DNA of 64,000 bases from an uncultured Dehalococcoidia bacterium (GCA_964649215.1 CAZYOV010000002.1:2288-66287), one strand, 5' to 3'; positions 46,241 through 57,424 are shown, counted from the first letter of the stretch. The notes: generated by a model from the letters alone, not told the origin. Numbers and translations: made by a program.

Positions 46241-46292
46241 TTGGTTACCTCCCAGTTGACTATACACGAGCCGGATGAGCGGTCGAACGCAC

Positions 46293-46352
46293 CCCATGTC
46301 CTTTGACGTCTACTCCCCCACGGCGCTATGCTTCTCCTGCTAGGAGGGCCAC
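46293..46352 (+). promoter_or_regulatory. motif-2 copy: TTGACG-N18-TATGCT plus conserved tctcctgctaggagggccacct, upstream of the LLM gene
   Basis: Same architecture as 5789-5840. Confidence 0.4.
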
Positions 46353-46400
46353 CTACTACCGTGCAGCGCAGGGCTGTAAAGTGTAGCAGTGAGGAGTGAG

Positions 46401-47240
46401 ATGACCCACTTCGGTCTCCAGATGTTTCCAACGGACTACTCCATCCAGCCGGTGGAGCTCGCAAGGGCGGCAGAGGAGCGCGGCTTCGAGTCGCTCTTCT
46501 TCCCGGAGCACACCCATATCCCAACCAGCCGGAAGACCCCCTACCCGGGCATGGGCGATCTCCCCAAGGAGTACTGGCACGCCCATGACCCGTTCGTGGC
46601 GCTGGCTGCCGCCGCCGCGGTCACGAGCCGCATCAAGCTGGCTACTGGCATCTGCCTCATCATCGAGCGCGACCCCATAACCACGGCGAAAGAGGTGGCG
46701 AGCCTCGATATGATCTCGGGAGGTCGCTTCATCTTCGGGGTCGGCGCCGGATGGAACGTCGAGGAGATGGAGAACCACGGGACCGCCCCCAGCAGTCGCT
46801 GGAAGCTGATGCGCGACCGCGTCATGGCAATGAAGGCGATTTGGGCTAACGACGATGCCGAGCACCACGGAGCGTTCGTGGACTTTGACCCGATCTGGTC
46901 ATGGCCGAAGCCCGTTCAGAAGCCCCATCCGCCCATACTGGTCGGCGGCTACGGCCCGCATACGCTCAATCGCGTCGTTGAGTACGGTGACGGTTGGCTT
47001 CCGTTGATGCCGCCCCCTGTGCTGTCCCAACAGATCCCCGAGCTCAACCGGCTCGCTGAAAAGGCCGGACGCGAACCCATCCCGGTCACGGCGTACGGAG
47101 TACGCGGGGAGAAGGAAGTGGTCGAGAAGTACCTGGAGGTCGGCGTCGAGCGGTGCGTCTTCTGGCTCGCTTCCGAGCCGCCCGAACAAACCCTCCCGAC
47201 CCTCGACCGCCTGGCTGGGATCGCGAAGTCGTTCGCCTGA
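46401..47240 (+). CDS. LLM-class F420-dependent oxidoreductase
   Basis: MTHFGLQMFPTDYS.. ; luciferase-like TIM barrel; the ORF track starts at a GTG at 46389. Confidence 0.75.
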   Translation: MTHFGLQMFPTDYSIQPVELARAAEERGFESLFFPEHTHIPTSRKTPYPGMGDLPKEYWHAHDPFVALAAAAAVTSRIKLATGICLIIERDPITTAKEVASLDMISGGRFIFGVGAGWNVEEMENHGTAPSSRWKLMRDRVMAMKAIWANDDAEHHGAFVDFDPIWSWPKPVQKPHPPILVGGYGPHTLNRVVEYGDGWLPLMPPPVLSQQIPELNRLAEKAGREPIPVTAYGVRGEKEVVEKYLEVGVERCVFWLASEPPEQTLPTLDRLAGIAKSFA

Positions 47241-47607
47241 CAGGCGGTCAACCCCGCCGCTCGACGTTAGACCCGGCGAGAAACTAGCGGCCCACTCGCG
47301 AAACGTCATGATCGTTTGCATGACCGTTCCGCGCGAGCGCGGCGAGGTATACGTCCATGGGCACCTGGGCGGTGTCGGAAGCGATGCTACGTCGTGGGTC
47401 GAGCGCGTCGACCCCGAATCGCTTGAGCCACTCAAGAAGTCGCCAGCGCTGCCGGCGGGACCTTTCTGGCCGGGCGGGGTCGCCGTCCACGCCAATGGCT
47501 CGCTCTACGTTACCTTCGGGCGTTACTGCCACGCCGACGATGGCTACCGCCACGATCAGCCCCGACGGCGAAGCCTTCCTATCAACGCTTATCGGAGCCG
47601 TCCGAGC

Positions 47608-48675
47608 TCATTGAACGTCGGGAAGCTCCGTCGGGCGTAGCTCGAGGGATACGCGCTGATCGCCGCGGAGTGCAAGAAGCACCAGGGAGTCCCCAATAGG
47701 GTGACCACCTAGAACCCGCTGGAGGTCATCCGGCGATGCGATCGGGAGGTCGCCGATCTGTACGATGATATCCCGTGGCATCAGGCCAGCCTCTGATGCC
47801 GCTGTGTCCTCGTGGATCTCTGTTACGAGAACACCTGTGTCGGTCGTAAGTCCATACTTAAGAACGTCGCGGCGATTCAGGTTCACCGTCTGTCCAGAGA
47901 CGCCAAGATAGGCCCTTCGTACTCGACCGTCGCGGATCAGTTGCGATATGACCCACTTTGCCGTGTTGACCGGAATAGCGAAGCAGATCCCTTGCGATCC
48001 TGCGATGATCGCCGTATTTATGCCGATCACATGGCCGCGGGAATCGACCAGTGGCCCGCCTGAGTTGCCGGGGTTGAGCGCAGCGTCGGTCTGGATCACG
48101 TTCTCGATCAATCGCCCGGTCTCGGCTCGAAGGGCACGGCCCAAGGCGCTGATGACCCCTGCAGTGACCGAGGCCTGGAAGCCGAGTGGGTTGCCGATGG
48201 CTATAACTAGCTGGCCAACACGGAGGGAGGAAGAGTCCCCCAGTGCGGCCGCTGGGAGGCCGGATTCCGGAACCTGTACAAGGGCCAAATCGCTGTGAGG
48301 GTCGTCGCCGAGGATCCGGCCGGCGAGGGTTTGTCCATCCTGGAGACGAACCTCAATTCGTTCGCCCGACCTGACCACATGGCTGTTCGTGAGAACATAG
48401 CCGTCTGGGGCGATGATCACGCCGCTCCCACCGCCTTGCAGTTCGGGATAGCCTCGGCGTCGTAGACGTTCCGGTGCCCGCCTCGCGACGCCTACGCTCA
48501 CCACGGTGGGTCCGACGCGCTCTTCCGCTCCGATCACGGATCGCGAGTAGGCATCGAGTGCGAGCTGATCGGCTGACTCCCGCCCATTACGGCCGTCTTG
48601 GTGACGCCTGTCGGTGTCGATGGGCTGCAATTCCACGCTGCGACCTCCCGGCCTAGTTGTTGGCTCCTCGCCCAC
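47608..48675 (-). CDS. HtrA/DegP-family trypsin-like serine protease with PDZ domain
   Basis: Catalytic-region motifs GSGVIIAPDGYVLTNSHVV and GNSGGPLVD. Confidence 0.75.
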   Translation of the reverse strand: MGEEPTTRPGGRSVELQPIDTDRRHQDGRNGRESADQLALDAYSRSVIGAEERVGPTVVSVGVARRAPERLRRRGYPELQGGGSGVIIAPDGYVLTNSHVVRSGERIEVRLQDGQTLAGRILGDDPHSDLALVQVPESGLPAAALGDSSSLRVGQLVIAIGNPLGFQASVTAGVISALGRALRAETGRLIENVIQTDAALNPGNSGGPLVDSRGHVIGINTAIIAGSQGICFAIPVNTAKWVISQLIRDGRVRRAYLGVSGQTVNLNRRDVLKYGLTTDTGVLVTEIHEDTAASEAGLMPRDIIVQIGDLPIASPDDLQRVLGGHPIGDSLVLLALRGDQRVSLELRPTELPDVQ

Positions 48676-48803
48676 TACCGTCCCGCTTTATCTCCACGGC
48701 CCGCATGAGCTGAGCGACCTTAGCCGCCGGACCTTCGATGCGAATCTCCTCCGGGCGCAGACGGCGTTCCATCTTCTTGGCCGTCCGAAGTATTGTCCAA
48801 GCC

Positions 48804-49211
48804 TCAGGCCCGTGTCGGCTCAATCGACTCGGGTTTGATGCCCAGCACAGTCAGGCCGTGGAGGACACGGGGGCGGGCTCTTTTCTCGTCATCTAGCTCG
48901 TGCTTGTATCCCCATTCAGCGATGGCCCGGAGGACAGGGATAAGCTCGTTACCCTTTTCCGTCAGGTGGTACTCGGCCCGCGGCGGATGGTCGCTGTAGA
49001 AGACACGCTCCACGATCCCGTGTTCCTCCAGCAGCTTGAGGCGCTGGGCCAGCAAGTTCGGGGAGATGCCCTGGAGAGACTCTAGGAGGTCCTTGAACTT
49101 GCCTCTACCCAGTATGAGGTCCCGCAGAACGAGCACTGTCCAGCGGTCCCCGATGACGTCCAGGGAGCGGGCGACGGGGCACGCCTCTTGGGTCTTGTAA
49201 GTGCGCTGCAA
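48804..49211 (-). CDS. HxlR-family transcriptional regulator
   Basis: CPVARSLDVIGDRWTVLVLRDL.. Confidence 0.75.
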   Translation of the reverse strand: MQRTYKTQEACPVARSLDVIGDRWTVLVLRDLILGRGKFKDLLESLQGISPNLLAQRLKLLEEHGIVERVFYSDHPPRAEYHLTEKGNELIPVLRAIAEWGYKHELDDEKRARPRVLHGLTVLGIKPESIEPTRA

Positions 49212-49367
49212 CTTCTCGCCTCCGTTGATTTCTTGAAACTTTACACTTCAAGAATAGGTACCCTCTTGACATTTGTCAAGCAACTAGTTATAAGAGAACC
49301 AAGTAACTATCGATTAACGTAGTTACTAGACGAAAGAGGACGGAGCACTCAGTAGGGAGGGCACCCA

Positions 49368-51719
49368 ATGTTCAGCCAAATCGGAAGTCTAGCGGTTCGA
49401 CTGCGCCTCGTCGTCATAGCGGCGGCTCTCGCAGTCGTCGTCCTGGGGCTGGGCTACGGCTCAGGCGTAACCGGCGACCTGGTAGCCGGCGGCTTCGATG
49501 ATCCCGCCAGCGACTCGGTCGAAGTGCAGGAGCGCCTGCTCGAGGATCTGGGGTTAGGCGAGGCCGACGTTGTCGCCGTGTTCGGCGGCGAGGTAACCTC
49601 CGTGGACGACCCCGTGTTCGCCACGGCCGTCAGGTCGAGCCTAGACGACGTCGCGCGGCACGAGCGGGTAGTCAACATCGACTCCTATTACAGCACCGAC
49701 AACGCGGCCTTTGTGTCTTTCGATCGTAGCCAGACCTTCGCTGCTATCAGTCTGGACGGCGACGATAACGAGAAGGCTAAGGCCTTGCCCGACATCGAAT
49801 CGGCCCTTCGCGAATCAACGGTGCCCGTACAGATCGGCGGCACTACCTTCACTTTCGAATTCGTCGCCGATCAGGTCGAAGAGGACCTGCGCAAGGCCGA
49901 GTTGCTCGCCTTTGGCATCGTCGCTGTGCTCCTGATCTTAATATTTGGCAGCCTGGTAGCTTCGTTGCTGCCCCTGATCATCGCCGCCTTATCGCTGTTC
50001 ACCACGTTCATACTGCTGCGGCTGGTAGCCCAAGTAACCGATATCAGCATCTTCGCCTTAAACACCGTGGTGCTGCTGGGCCTAGGCCTGGCGATCGACT
50101 ACTCGCTGCTGGTGGTGAACCGCTACCGAGAGGAGCTTGGCAACGGCCTCGAGTCGACCGCCGCGATCATTCGCACAATCTCTACGTCGGGTAAGGCGGT
50201 GGCGTTCTCGGGCGTGGCGGTGGCGGCTAGCATGCTGGGCCTTCTCTTCTTCCCGCAGGTGTTCCTTAGAAGTATGGCCATCGGCGGCGCCCTGGTTTCC
50301 ATCATTGCCGTGCTCTGGTCGCTTACGGTCCTACCCGCGTTGCTTGCTGTGCTTGGGCCGCGCGTGAATTCCCTGTCGATTAGCCGCGCCTGGGTCGAAG
50401 GGAACGGCTCTGCCTTCTGGTCGCGGCTCGCCAACTGGGTAATGCGCCGACCTCTGGTAGTGGGACTGGCGGTGGCCGCCGTCCTGATCGTTGTCGCTGT
50501 GCCGTTCCTGCGGGTTGAGTTCACGAGCCCCGATGCTCGCGTCATTGGCCAGGGCTCAGAGCCGCGCCAGGTGTTTGAGCTTCTGCGCGACGGTGAACGG
50601 TTCCCCGCCAACGAAACGACACCGGTGCAGATCCTCGTGGAGACCCCCAGCGACGCCCTGGACCCGGAGAACGTGGAAGCGCTCTTCGAATACGTCACCG
50701 CGGTTGAAGACGTCCCCGGAGTGGAGCGCGTTGACAGCATCGTCAACCTCGATCCTTCCCTCGGACCCGAGGAATATCAGACGCTCTACTCGCAGCCGCT
50801 CGACCAGCTCGACCCGTCGCTGGCTGGCTTCGCCGATCGTGTCACCGAAGGTGATGTGACCCTTGTATCCGCTGTATTGACCTCCGATCCCCTGTCTAGC
50901 GAAGCGCTGGACGCGACGGAGGCGATCCAGGAGATTGAGCCTGCTAGCGGGCTGCGTACTCTGGTGGGGGGAGAGAGCGCCAGTTTCCTCGACACCCAAT
51001 CGGCCATCTTTTCGCGGCTGCCCCTCGCCCTCGCCTTCATCGCGCTCGTGACCTTCGTGGCGCTGTTCCTGGCCTTCGGGTCCATAGTCATCCCGATCAA
51101 GGCCATGATCATGAACGTACTGTCGCTCGGCGCCGCCTATGGTGCGCTTGTCTTGATATTCCAGGACGGCAACCTGGAAGGGCTGCTTGGGTTCGACTCC
51201 GTGGGTGCGATTACCCTGTTTGTACCGGTATTCATGTTCGCTATCGTCTTCGGCCTCTCCATGGACTACGAAGTGTTCCTCCTCAGTCGCATCAAGGAGG
51301 AGTACGACGCTAGCGGTGATAACGAAGCGAGCGTGGCCCGTGGCCTGGAGCGGACGGGACGGATTATCACCAGCGCCGCCCTCCTTCTGGTGGTGGTGAC
51401 CGGCGCCTTCGCGACCAGCGAGGTCATCTTTATAAAGCAACTAGGCGTCGGCATCGCAATTGCCGTGGCCCTGGACGCCACTATCGTACGCGCCCTGCTG
51501 GTGCCCGCCACCATGCGGCTCATGGGCGGACTCAACTGGTGGGCGCCGGCACCCCTCCACCGTCTGTGGCTGAGGTTGGGCGTCGGCAACCTTGAGGGTC
51601 GCTCACCAGAGCCCGAGCCCGTGCGGGAGCCGCTGCAAGGGGAACAGGAGACCGCGCCCGAGCCGGTGCCAGAGTCGCTGCCAGTGGATCAGGAGCCCGC
51701 ACTTCGAGGACAGCCTTGA
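49368..51719 (+). CDS. MMPL-family (RND superfamily) membrane transporter
   Basis: 783 aa; two 6-TM bundles; GGAGG SD. Confidence 0.8.
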   Translation: MFSQIGSLAVRLRLVVIAAALAVVVLGLGYGSGVTGDLVAGGFDDPASDSVEVQERLLEDLGLGEADVVAVFGGEVTSVDDPVFATAVRSSLDDVARHERVVNIDSYYSTDNAAFVSFDRSQTFAAISLDGDDNEKAKALPDIESALRESTVPVQIGGTTFTFEFVADQVEEDLRKAELLAFGIVAVLLILIFGSLVASLLPLIIAALSLFTTFILLRLVAQVTDISIFALNTVVLLGLGLAIDYSLLVVNRYREELGNGLESTAAIIRTISTSGKAVAFSGVAVAASMLGLLFFPQVFLRSMAIGGALVSIIAVLWSLTVLPALLAVLGPRVNSLSISRAWVEGNGSAFWSRLANWVMRRPLVVGLAVAAVLIVVAVPFLRVEFTSPDARVIGQGSEPRQVFELLRDGERFPANETTPVQILVETPSDALDPENVEALFEYVTAVEDVPGVERVDSIVNLDPSLGPEEYQTLYSQPLDQLDPSLAGFADRVTEGDVTLVSAVLTSDPLSSEALDATEAIQEIEPASGLRTLVGGESASFLDTQSAIFSRLPLALAFIALVTFVALFLAFGSIVIPIKAMIMNVLSLGAAYGALVLIFQDGNLEGLLGFDSVGAITLFVPVFMFAIVFGLSMDYEVFLLSRIKEEYDASGDNEASVARGLERTGRIITSAALLLVVVTGAFATSEVIFIKQLGVGIAIAVALDATIVRALLVPATMRLMGGLNWWAPAPLHRLWLRLGVGNLEGRSPEPEPVREPLQGEQETAPEPVPESLPVDQEPALRGQP

Positions 51720-51871
51720 GATGAATACAAAGGCGGGCGCGGCCCTGGGTTGCCCGCAGTCAGCACGACTAAGCCGGCATGCTCCTGGTTGGGCGGAGCA
51801 CCTCCGCCGCGAAATCGGTGGGCCTCATCACCCAAGGTGATGCATGAGCTTGCCTCCAGAACGTTTTGGGT

Positions 51872-53582
51872 CTATCGCATCGCTGCTCCCGGCCGGCGCG
51901 CGACGGCCTCCGCCCAGGGGCGCTCCACGCGGGGGCCCGAGGCCTGAACGAGAGGCGTGATGGCGTCGGGGTCGGTCATGACGTTGACGCACGCTGGCCG
52001 GCCGCTGGCGAAGGCGCGCTCCACGGCCGGGATGATATCGGCTCCGTCCTCCACGAATTCGGCGTGGACCCCGAACGCCTCGGCCGCCCGCTCGTAGCGG
52101 GTAGGGCCCAGCTCCGTGCCCACGACGCGGTGCTTGCCCAGCCTCACAACTTGCTCGTGCTTGCACATCCCCCAGGCCTGATCGTTGTTGATGACGACTA
52201 CGATGGGCAGGTTGTGGCGCACCGCCGTATCGAACTCGCTGAAGTTGAGGCCCACGGAGCCATCGCCGGTGAGAACCAGCACCCGCTCCTCCGGGTGGGC
52301 CAGCTTGGCCGCCAGCCCGAAGGGGATGCCCGTCCCCAGGCAGCCCAGGTAGCCGTGGCCGAGGTAGCGCCCCGGTCTTCGCGCCGAGAAAGCGAGCTCC
52401 GCCCACACAAACGTTTCGCCACCGTCAGCCACCAACGCCCCGCCGTCGGCCACGAAAGCGCTGACCTCGTGGGCCAGCCGGTAGGGGTGAATGGGACGCC
52501 GGTCCGGGTCCAGGGCGTCGGCGAACATACCGCGAACGGTGGCCTGGGCGGAGCTTGTTCAACCACTCCTCGCGTGGGGGGAAGGAGCGCCCCCGGGCCT
52601 CTCGGATGAAGGCGCGCAGGGTCTCGCGGCAGTCCGCAACGATCCCCACGTCGATATCACGCGCTCGCCCGATCTCCTCCCCCTCGATGTCTACCTGGAT
52701 CACCTTCGCGCCGGCGGGGATGATGGACTGACGACCGCCCGTGAACAACCCCAGCCTTCCGCCCAGGAGCAGCACCGCGTCCGGAGAGCCGGCCAGGGCC
52801 AGCCCCCGGCCTGCGACCATGAAGCTCCCGAGCCCCAGCGGGCTGTCCTCCGGCACGGCGCCCCGCGTCATACCGTTCGCGCACACCGGGATGCCGCTGA
52901 GCTCGGCGAACCGCCGGAGCTCGTCGCTCCCGCCGGAGAACCAGACGCCGCGCCCGGCCAGGATGACCGGCCGCTCCGCCTCCGACAGGATGGCCAGTGC
53001 CTTTTCGACGGCTTCCGAGGGCGGGGCCGGCGCTGCTTCCGGGCGATAGCTCACTGGGAGGCGCACCTTCTCTTCCTCCACGCGGGCGGCCAGAACGTCT
53101 GCGGGTATCTCCAGGAAGACAGGCCCCGGTCGGCCGGTAGTGGCGTGGCGAAAGGCCATGCTCACGTACTCCGGGATGCGCTCCGGGTCGCGGACCAGGC
53201 GCGACCATTTGGTGATGGACTGCATAATGGGGACGCCGTGAAGCTCTTGGAGGGGCAGCAGCTCCTCTTCGGCGAGGCCGTGTCGCCCGCCGACGACCAG
53301 CATGGGCACGCAGTCGATGTAGGCGTTGGCGACGGCGGTGACAATATCGGTGACGCCGGGGCCTGCCGTCACCACCGCCACGCCAGGTCGGCCGGTGGTG
53401 CGGGTCCAGGCGTCGGCCATGTGGCCAGCGGCCTGCTCGTGGCGCGTGTCGATGATGCGGATGCTATGGTCAAGGCAGGCCTGAAAGATGGGATCGATGT
53501 GCCCACCGTGGAGGGCGAAGACGTTCTCCACCCCCTCACGTTCGAGCATCCTGGCGAACATCTCACCGCCGTCGATCTTCAT
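51872..53582 (-). pseudogene. TPP-dependent enzyme (acetolactate-synthase family) interrupted by a single frameshift near 52530-52545
   Basis: The N-terminal and middle domains (52425-53582) and the C-terminal TPP domain with GDGS..NN (51872-52528) are in different frames. Removing one C from the CCC run would give a continuous reading ..LNKLRQATVRGMFADALDPDRRPIHPY.. Confidence 0.55.
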
Positions 53583-53819
53583 GGCTGGCTCCATCCTAGT
53601 GCTCTCGACGTGTAGCGCCACGAGCGGGCTGCGCCGACAGTCAAGGGATTGGTCGGGTAGACCGCCCTACCTAGCGGCGGGCCTTCCTCGCCCGTCGCCG
53701 ACGCCAACCTCCAACAGGCCGTCATGGCCTAGGCGGCCGCCAGCGCCGATGATCATCGCGGCGTGGGTCACGCTGGGCATCCGCTGCTCGCTCACGCATC
53801 ACGAAGCGCTCTCCGGCTA

Positions 53820-54887
53820 TCAGCTGTTGCTTGGCGGGTCCAGGAACGCTTTGAGGAGGGGGTTCATCCGCTCGCGACGGTCGCCGAAGCCGGCCACCTT
53901 CAGCCGCTGCATGTACTCCTTGACCTGCTTGCGCCGGACGGCCATAGCCATCTGGAACCCGCGGTCCATGTTGCGCACGCCGCCTCCCATGAGGATCGCC
54001 AGGGCCTCTGTCAGGATGTCAGCCGCCGGGCTGTCGTCGAAGCTGAACACCCCTTCGGCCCGGTCCAAGTAGTAATGGATCTCTTCGCGGCGTTCGGGCT
54101 CCGCCTCCCCGAGGTACTTGAGATGCATCACCCCGTAAGCCACATGTCGGGATTCGTCCTGAGCGCACAGCCGGAAGATGCGCTTCTCAGCCTCGTTCTG
54201 TGCTATGTACTCGCCCATTCGAAACAGGGACTGGACGAACCCCTCGGCCAGAACATGCATCAGGGCCGACATCTCTGAGTAGTTCTTGGACTCTATGATG
54301 GCGCGCAGCCCCAGACCGGGCCCCTGGCTGAGAAGGCCGCCGCCGTTGACCAGCGCCCGTTTACGGAAGACGTCCAGGTGCCGGGCCTCGTCCATGATCT
54401 GGGTTAGCAGGAAGAGCTTCACTTCGTGGTACTCGCTGTTGACCTCAGGCAGCCACATAGCGGGCACGTCGCCGGCTATGAACTCGATCTCAGTCAGGAA
54501 TGTGCAGAGCTGGCACATGGCCCGCTCTAAGTCATCGGGCAAGGGCTTGACCTCATCCCAGGGCACATCAGTGGCCGAGGACCACTGACGCTGCACGCCC
54601 TCCTCGTACAGCATTGCGGCGTTGGCGGACCACACCTCCGCCTTCTCCGCGTACGGGTGGCCGACCCGCGGGACCGCGCGGCGAGCGGCAGCGCCACGAG
54701 GCCTCATCGTCTGGTTCTCGGTCTTGGACGGTACATCTCCGTAGGAGCCGATCTCGATCTCCTCCAACGTCAGTCCCCTGCGGCCCGGCTTAGCGCGGAC
54801 GCCCCAGGTGTTCTCCAAGTCCAGCCAGCTGAGATCCAGCTTCGGCGGATCGACGGTCTCCTTCGTCTCGCTCAAGTCAATGGCCAT
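53820..54887 (-). CDS. ferritin-like diiron-carboxylate protein (AurF / N-oxygenase-like)
   Basis: Two E..H motifs (IMDEARHLDVF, AQDESRHVAYG); AGGAGG SD before MAIDLSE. Confidence 0.55.
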   Translation of the reverse strand: MAIDLSETKETVDPPKLDLSWLDLENTWGVRAKPGRRGLTLEEIEIGSYGDVPSKTENQTMRPRGAAARRAVPRVGHPYAEKAEVWSANAAMLYEEGVQRQWSSATDVPWDEVKPLPDDLERAMCQLCTFLTEIEFIAGDVPAMWLPEVNSEYHEVKLFLLTQIMDEARHLDVFRKRALVNGGGLLSQGPGLGLRAIIESKNYSEMSALMHVLAEGFVQSLFRMGEYIAQNEAEKRIFRLCAQDESRHVAYGVMHLKYLGEAEPERREEIHYYLDRAEGVFSFDDSPAADILTEALAILMGGGVRNMDRGFQMAMAVRRKQVKEYMQRLKVAGFGDRRERMNPLLKAFLDPPSNS

Positions 54888-55395
54888 GGAATCCTCCTGC
54901 GCCACTCCGCGAAGAGCTCTACCGGGGGCGAAGATTGCCCGGCCTCAGTGTGGCCGCTAAGCTCCGGGGCTGTCTGTCAGGCAATTCCCCACCGACTGTA
55001 GGGCTATACCTGACAAGCAGATGGTCGTGGGGTCGCGCAAGGAAGATTACACGCCATCGTAGGTCGAACACTAGGCAAGACTTAGTGTGTGTTCTCAGAT
55101 AGGCTTGCTGAAGCTCGGTTGACAGGCCAGTCACTTTCGCGCACGATTGGCATGCTCTTCGAAGAGGCGGCGTAATGCGATGAATCGAACGCCCTTGCCC
55201 TTGACGAACTCGTAGTGTACCAGCGAGTCGCCGACGAAGATGACCGCACCAGGGGCGAGGCCATGGTGGCGCAGAATAGACTCGATCTGCTGGCCCTTGG
55301 CAGCTGACTTTAGTAAAATTGCGGCGCCAGTTCGTTTTCGCCTGGGATTCGAACTGGTTCACAGCAAGCAAGCCCCATTGTTAAGGAGGTAACTC

Positions 55396-56031
55396 ATGGC
55401 GATACGACTAGGCGATAAAGCCCCGGACTTCACACAGGATTCAACGGAAGGAAAGATCGCGTTCCACGATTGGATCGGTGACAGCTGGGCAGTCCTATTC
55501 TCACACCCAGCTGACTTTACCCCGGTGTGCACCACCGAATTGGGTCAGGTTGCGCACCTCAAGCAGGAGTTCGACAAGCGCAACGTGAAGGTGATCGGCC
55601 TCAGCGTGGACCCCGTAGAGTCTCACAAGGGCTGGGCGAGCGATATCGAAGAGACCCAGGGTGCGGCGCTCAACTTTCCGCTTCTGGCAGACGAGGACCG
55701 CAGCGTGTCGGAGCTCTATGACATGATTCACCCGAACGCCGAGGCGACGGCGACCGTACGCTCGGTGTTCATCATTGATCCGAAGAAGACGGTGCGTCTG
55801 ATGCTGACTTATCCGGCATCGACCGGACGTGACTTCGGCGAACTGCTGCGGGTCATCGACTCGCTGCAGCTCACGGAGTACGAGAAGGTGGCGACCCCGG
55901 CGAACTGGAAGTCTGGTGAAGACGTTGTGGTCTTGCCCGCCATCTCAAACGAGGAGGCTGACAAGCTCTTCCCTAAGGGTTACAAAGAGCTGAAGCCGTA
56001 CTTGCGCATTACGCCTCAACCCAATAAGTAG
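55396..56031 (+). CDS. 1-Cys peroxiredoxin (Prx6 family)
   Basis: FTPVCTTELG; AAGGAGG SD. Confidence 0.85.
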   Translation: MAIRLGDKAPDFTQDSTEGKIAFHDWIGDSWAVLFSHPADFTPVCTTELGQVAHLKQEFDKRNVKVIGLSVDPVESHKGWASDIEETQGAALNFPLLADEDRSVSELYDMIHPNAEATATVRSVFIIDPKKTVRLMLTYPASTGRDFGELLRVIDSLQLTEYEKVATPANWKSGEDVVVLPAISNEEADKLFPKGYKELKPYLRITPQPNK

Positions 56032-56155
56032 CCCAGCAGCGGTACACGGTCGGTCAGATTGCCGCGCCAGTGGCGAGATCGCCGGCCGCCCTGAGTCGAC
56101 TCTTCGAGGAGCCGGCGCGAGCGCTCGCCTGGAATGCCCTCATCGTAGCTAACAG

Positions 56156-57424
56156 ATGAGCGGTCTAGCGGACGAGAAAATCTCTCTGGGCCTGCGGGCG
56201 AACTGGCGCCAGTTCGCCCTCCTCGTGGCGGTCAACGCCTTCGTGGGCGGGATGATAGGGCTGGAGCGTACCATCCTGCCCCTGCTGGCAGAAGCGGACT
56301 TCGGCATCGCCTCAAAGACCGCGGCGGTGTCGTTCATCGCCGCCTTCGGCCTGACAAAGGCGATCACCAACCTGTTCGCGGGCCGGCTCTCCGATCGCTT
56401 CTCTCGTCGCAGCGTGCTCATAGCTGGTTGGCTCTTCGGCCTCCCGGTGCCCTTGATGCTGATCTTGGCGCCAAATTGGGGCTGGGTTATTGGAGCCAAC
56501 GTGCTGCTAGGCGTCAACCAGGGACTTGCCTGGTCGATGACTGTGAACATGAAGATGGACCTGGCTGGGCCAACCAGGCGCGGGTTAGCGCTGGGGCTGA
56601 ACGAGGCGGCGGGCTATCTCTCCCTGGCGGCCGCGGCTTACTTGACGGGCGTCATTGGTGAGCAGTACGGGCTCCGGCCGGAGCCGTTCTACCTCGGCAT
56701 CGCGTTCGCCGCCGCCGGTCTCGCGCTGAGCGCGCTCTTCGTCCGGGATACGGCCCCGTTCGTTGCCCTGGAATCGAGCGGGCTCACATCAAAGCCCGCG
56801 CCGAATTCGTTGACGCAAACCTTTGCCAAAGTCAGTTGGCGTCAGCCGCACCTGTTCGGCGTCTCCCAAGCGGGCTTCGTGAACAATCTAAACGACGGCC
56901 TTGCCTGGGGAATCTTCCCGCTGTTCTTCGTCAGCCGGGGGCTCGATCTCGACCGCGTCGGCATCCTGGCGGCGGCGTATCCCCTGATGTGGGGATCCTT
57001 ACAGCTTGGGACTGGATGGGCTAGCGACCTCATTGGTCGGAAGCCCATCATCGTGGGCGGCATGCTTATTCAGGCGGTGGCGATCGCTCTAGTAGGCGCG
57101 AGCGGTACATTCGGCGGCTGGCTGGCGGCGGTGATCTTGCTCGGCGTAGGGACGGCACTAGTGTATCCAACACTCCTCGCCGCCATTGGGGACGCGGTGC
57201 ATCCAGAGGAACGAGCCACGTCCTTAGGGGTCTATCGCTTCTGGCGCGACGCCGGGTTCATCGCCGGCGCACTCGCCGCCGGCGCACTCGCGGACCTTTT
57301 TGGATTCGGCATAGCTATACAAGCAGTTGCAGCGCTAACCGCCGCGTCCGGTATACTGGCAGCGATGAAGCTCCAAGGATCACAGCCGGGGGAGGCGTTG
57401 CCGCACGCGGAGGTGCTATCATGA
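56156..57424 (+). CDS. MFS transporter
   Basis: 12 TM segments; 422 aa. Confidence 0.8.
   Translation: MSGLADEKISLGLRANWRQFALLVAVNAFVGGMIGLERTILPLLAEADFGIASKTAAVSFIAAFGLTKAITNLFAGRLSDRFSRRSVLIAGWLFGLPVPLMLILAPNWGWVIGANVLLGVNQGLAWSMTVNMKMDLAGPTRRGLALGLNEAAGYLSLAAAAYLTGVIGEQYGLRPEPFYLGIAFAAAGLALSALFVRDTAPFVALESSGLTSKPAPNSLTQTFAKVSWRQPHLFGVSQAGFVNNLNDGLAWGIFPLFFVSRGLDLDRVGILAAAYPLMWGSLQLGTGWASDLIGRKPIIVGGMLIQAVAIALVGASGTFGGWLAAVILLGVGTALVYPTLLAAIGDAVHPEERATSLGVYRFWRDAGFIAGALAAGALADLFGFGIAIQAVAALTAASGILAAMKLQGSQPGEALPHAEVLS

Noticed and set aside
47284-47640. Two overlapping short ORFs (89 and 110 aa) between the LLM oxidoreductase and htrA
   Set aside because: No start signals or motifs. Probably intergenic.
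52491-53615. 374-aa plus-strand ORF
   Set aside because: It is antisense to the TPP-enzyme pseudogene, which has clear family motifs.
54919-55371. 150-aa minus-strand ORF
   Set aside because: It has no motifs, an odd Arg/Trp-rich composition and overlaps the HAD-fragment region. It is treated as noncoding.
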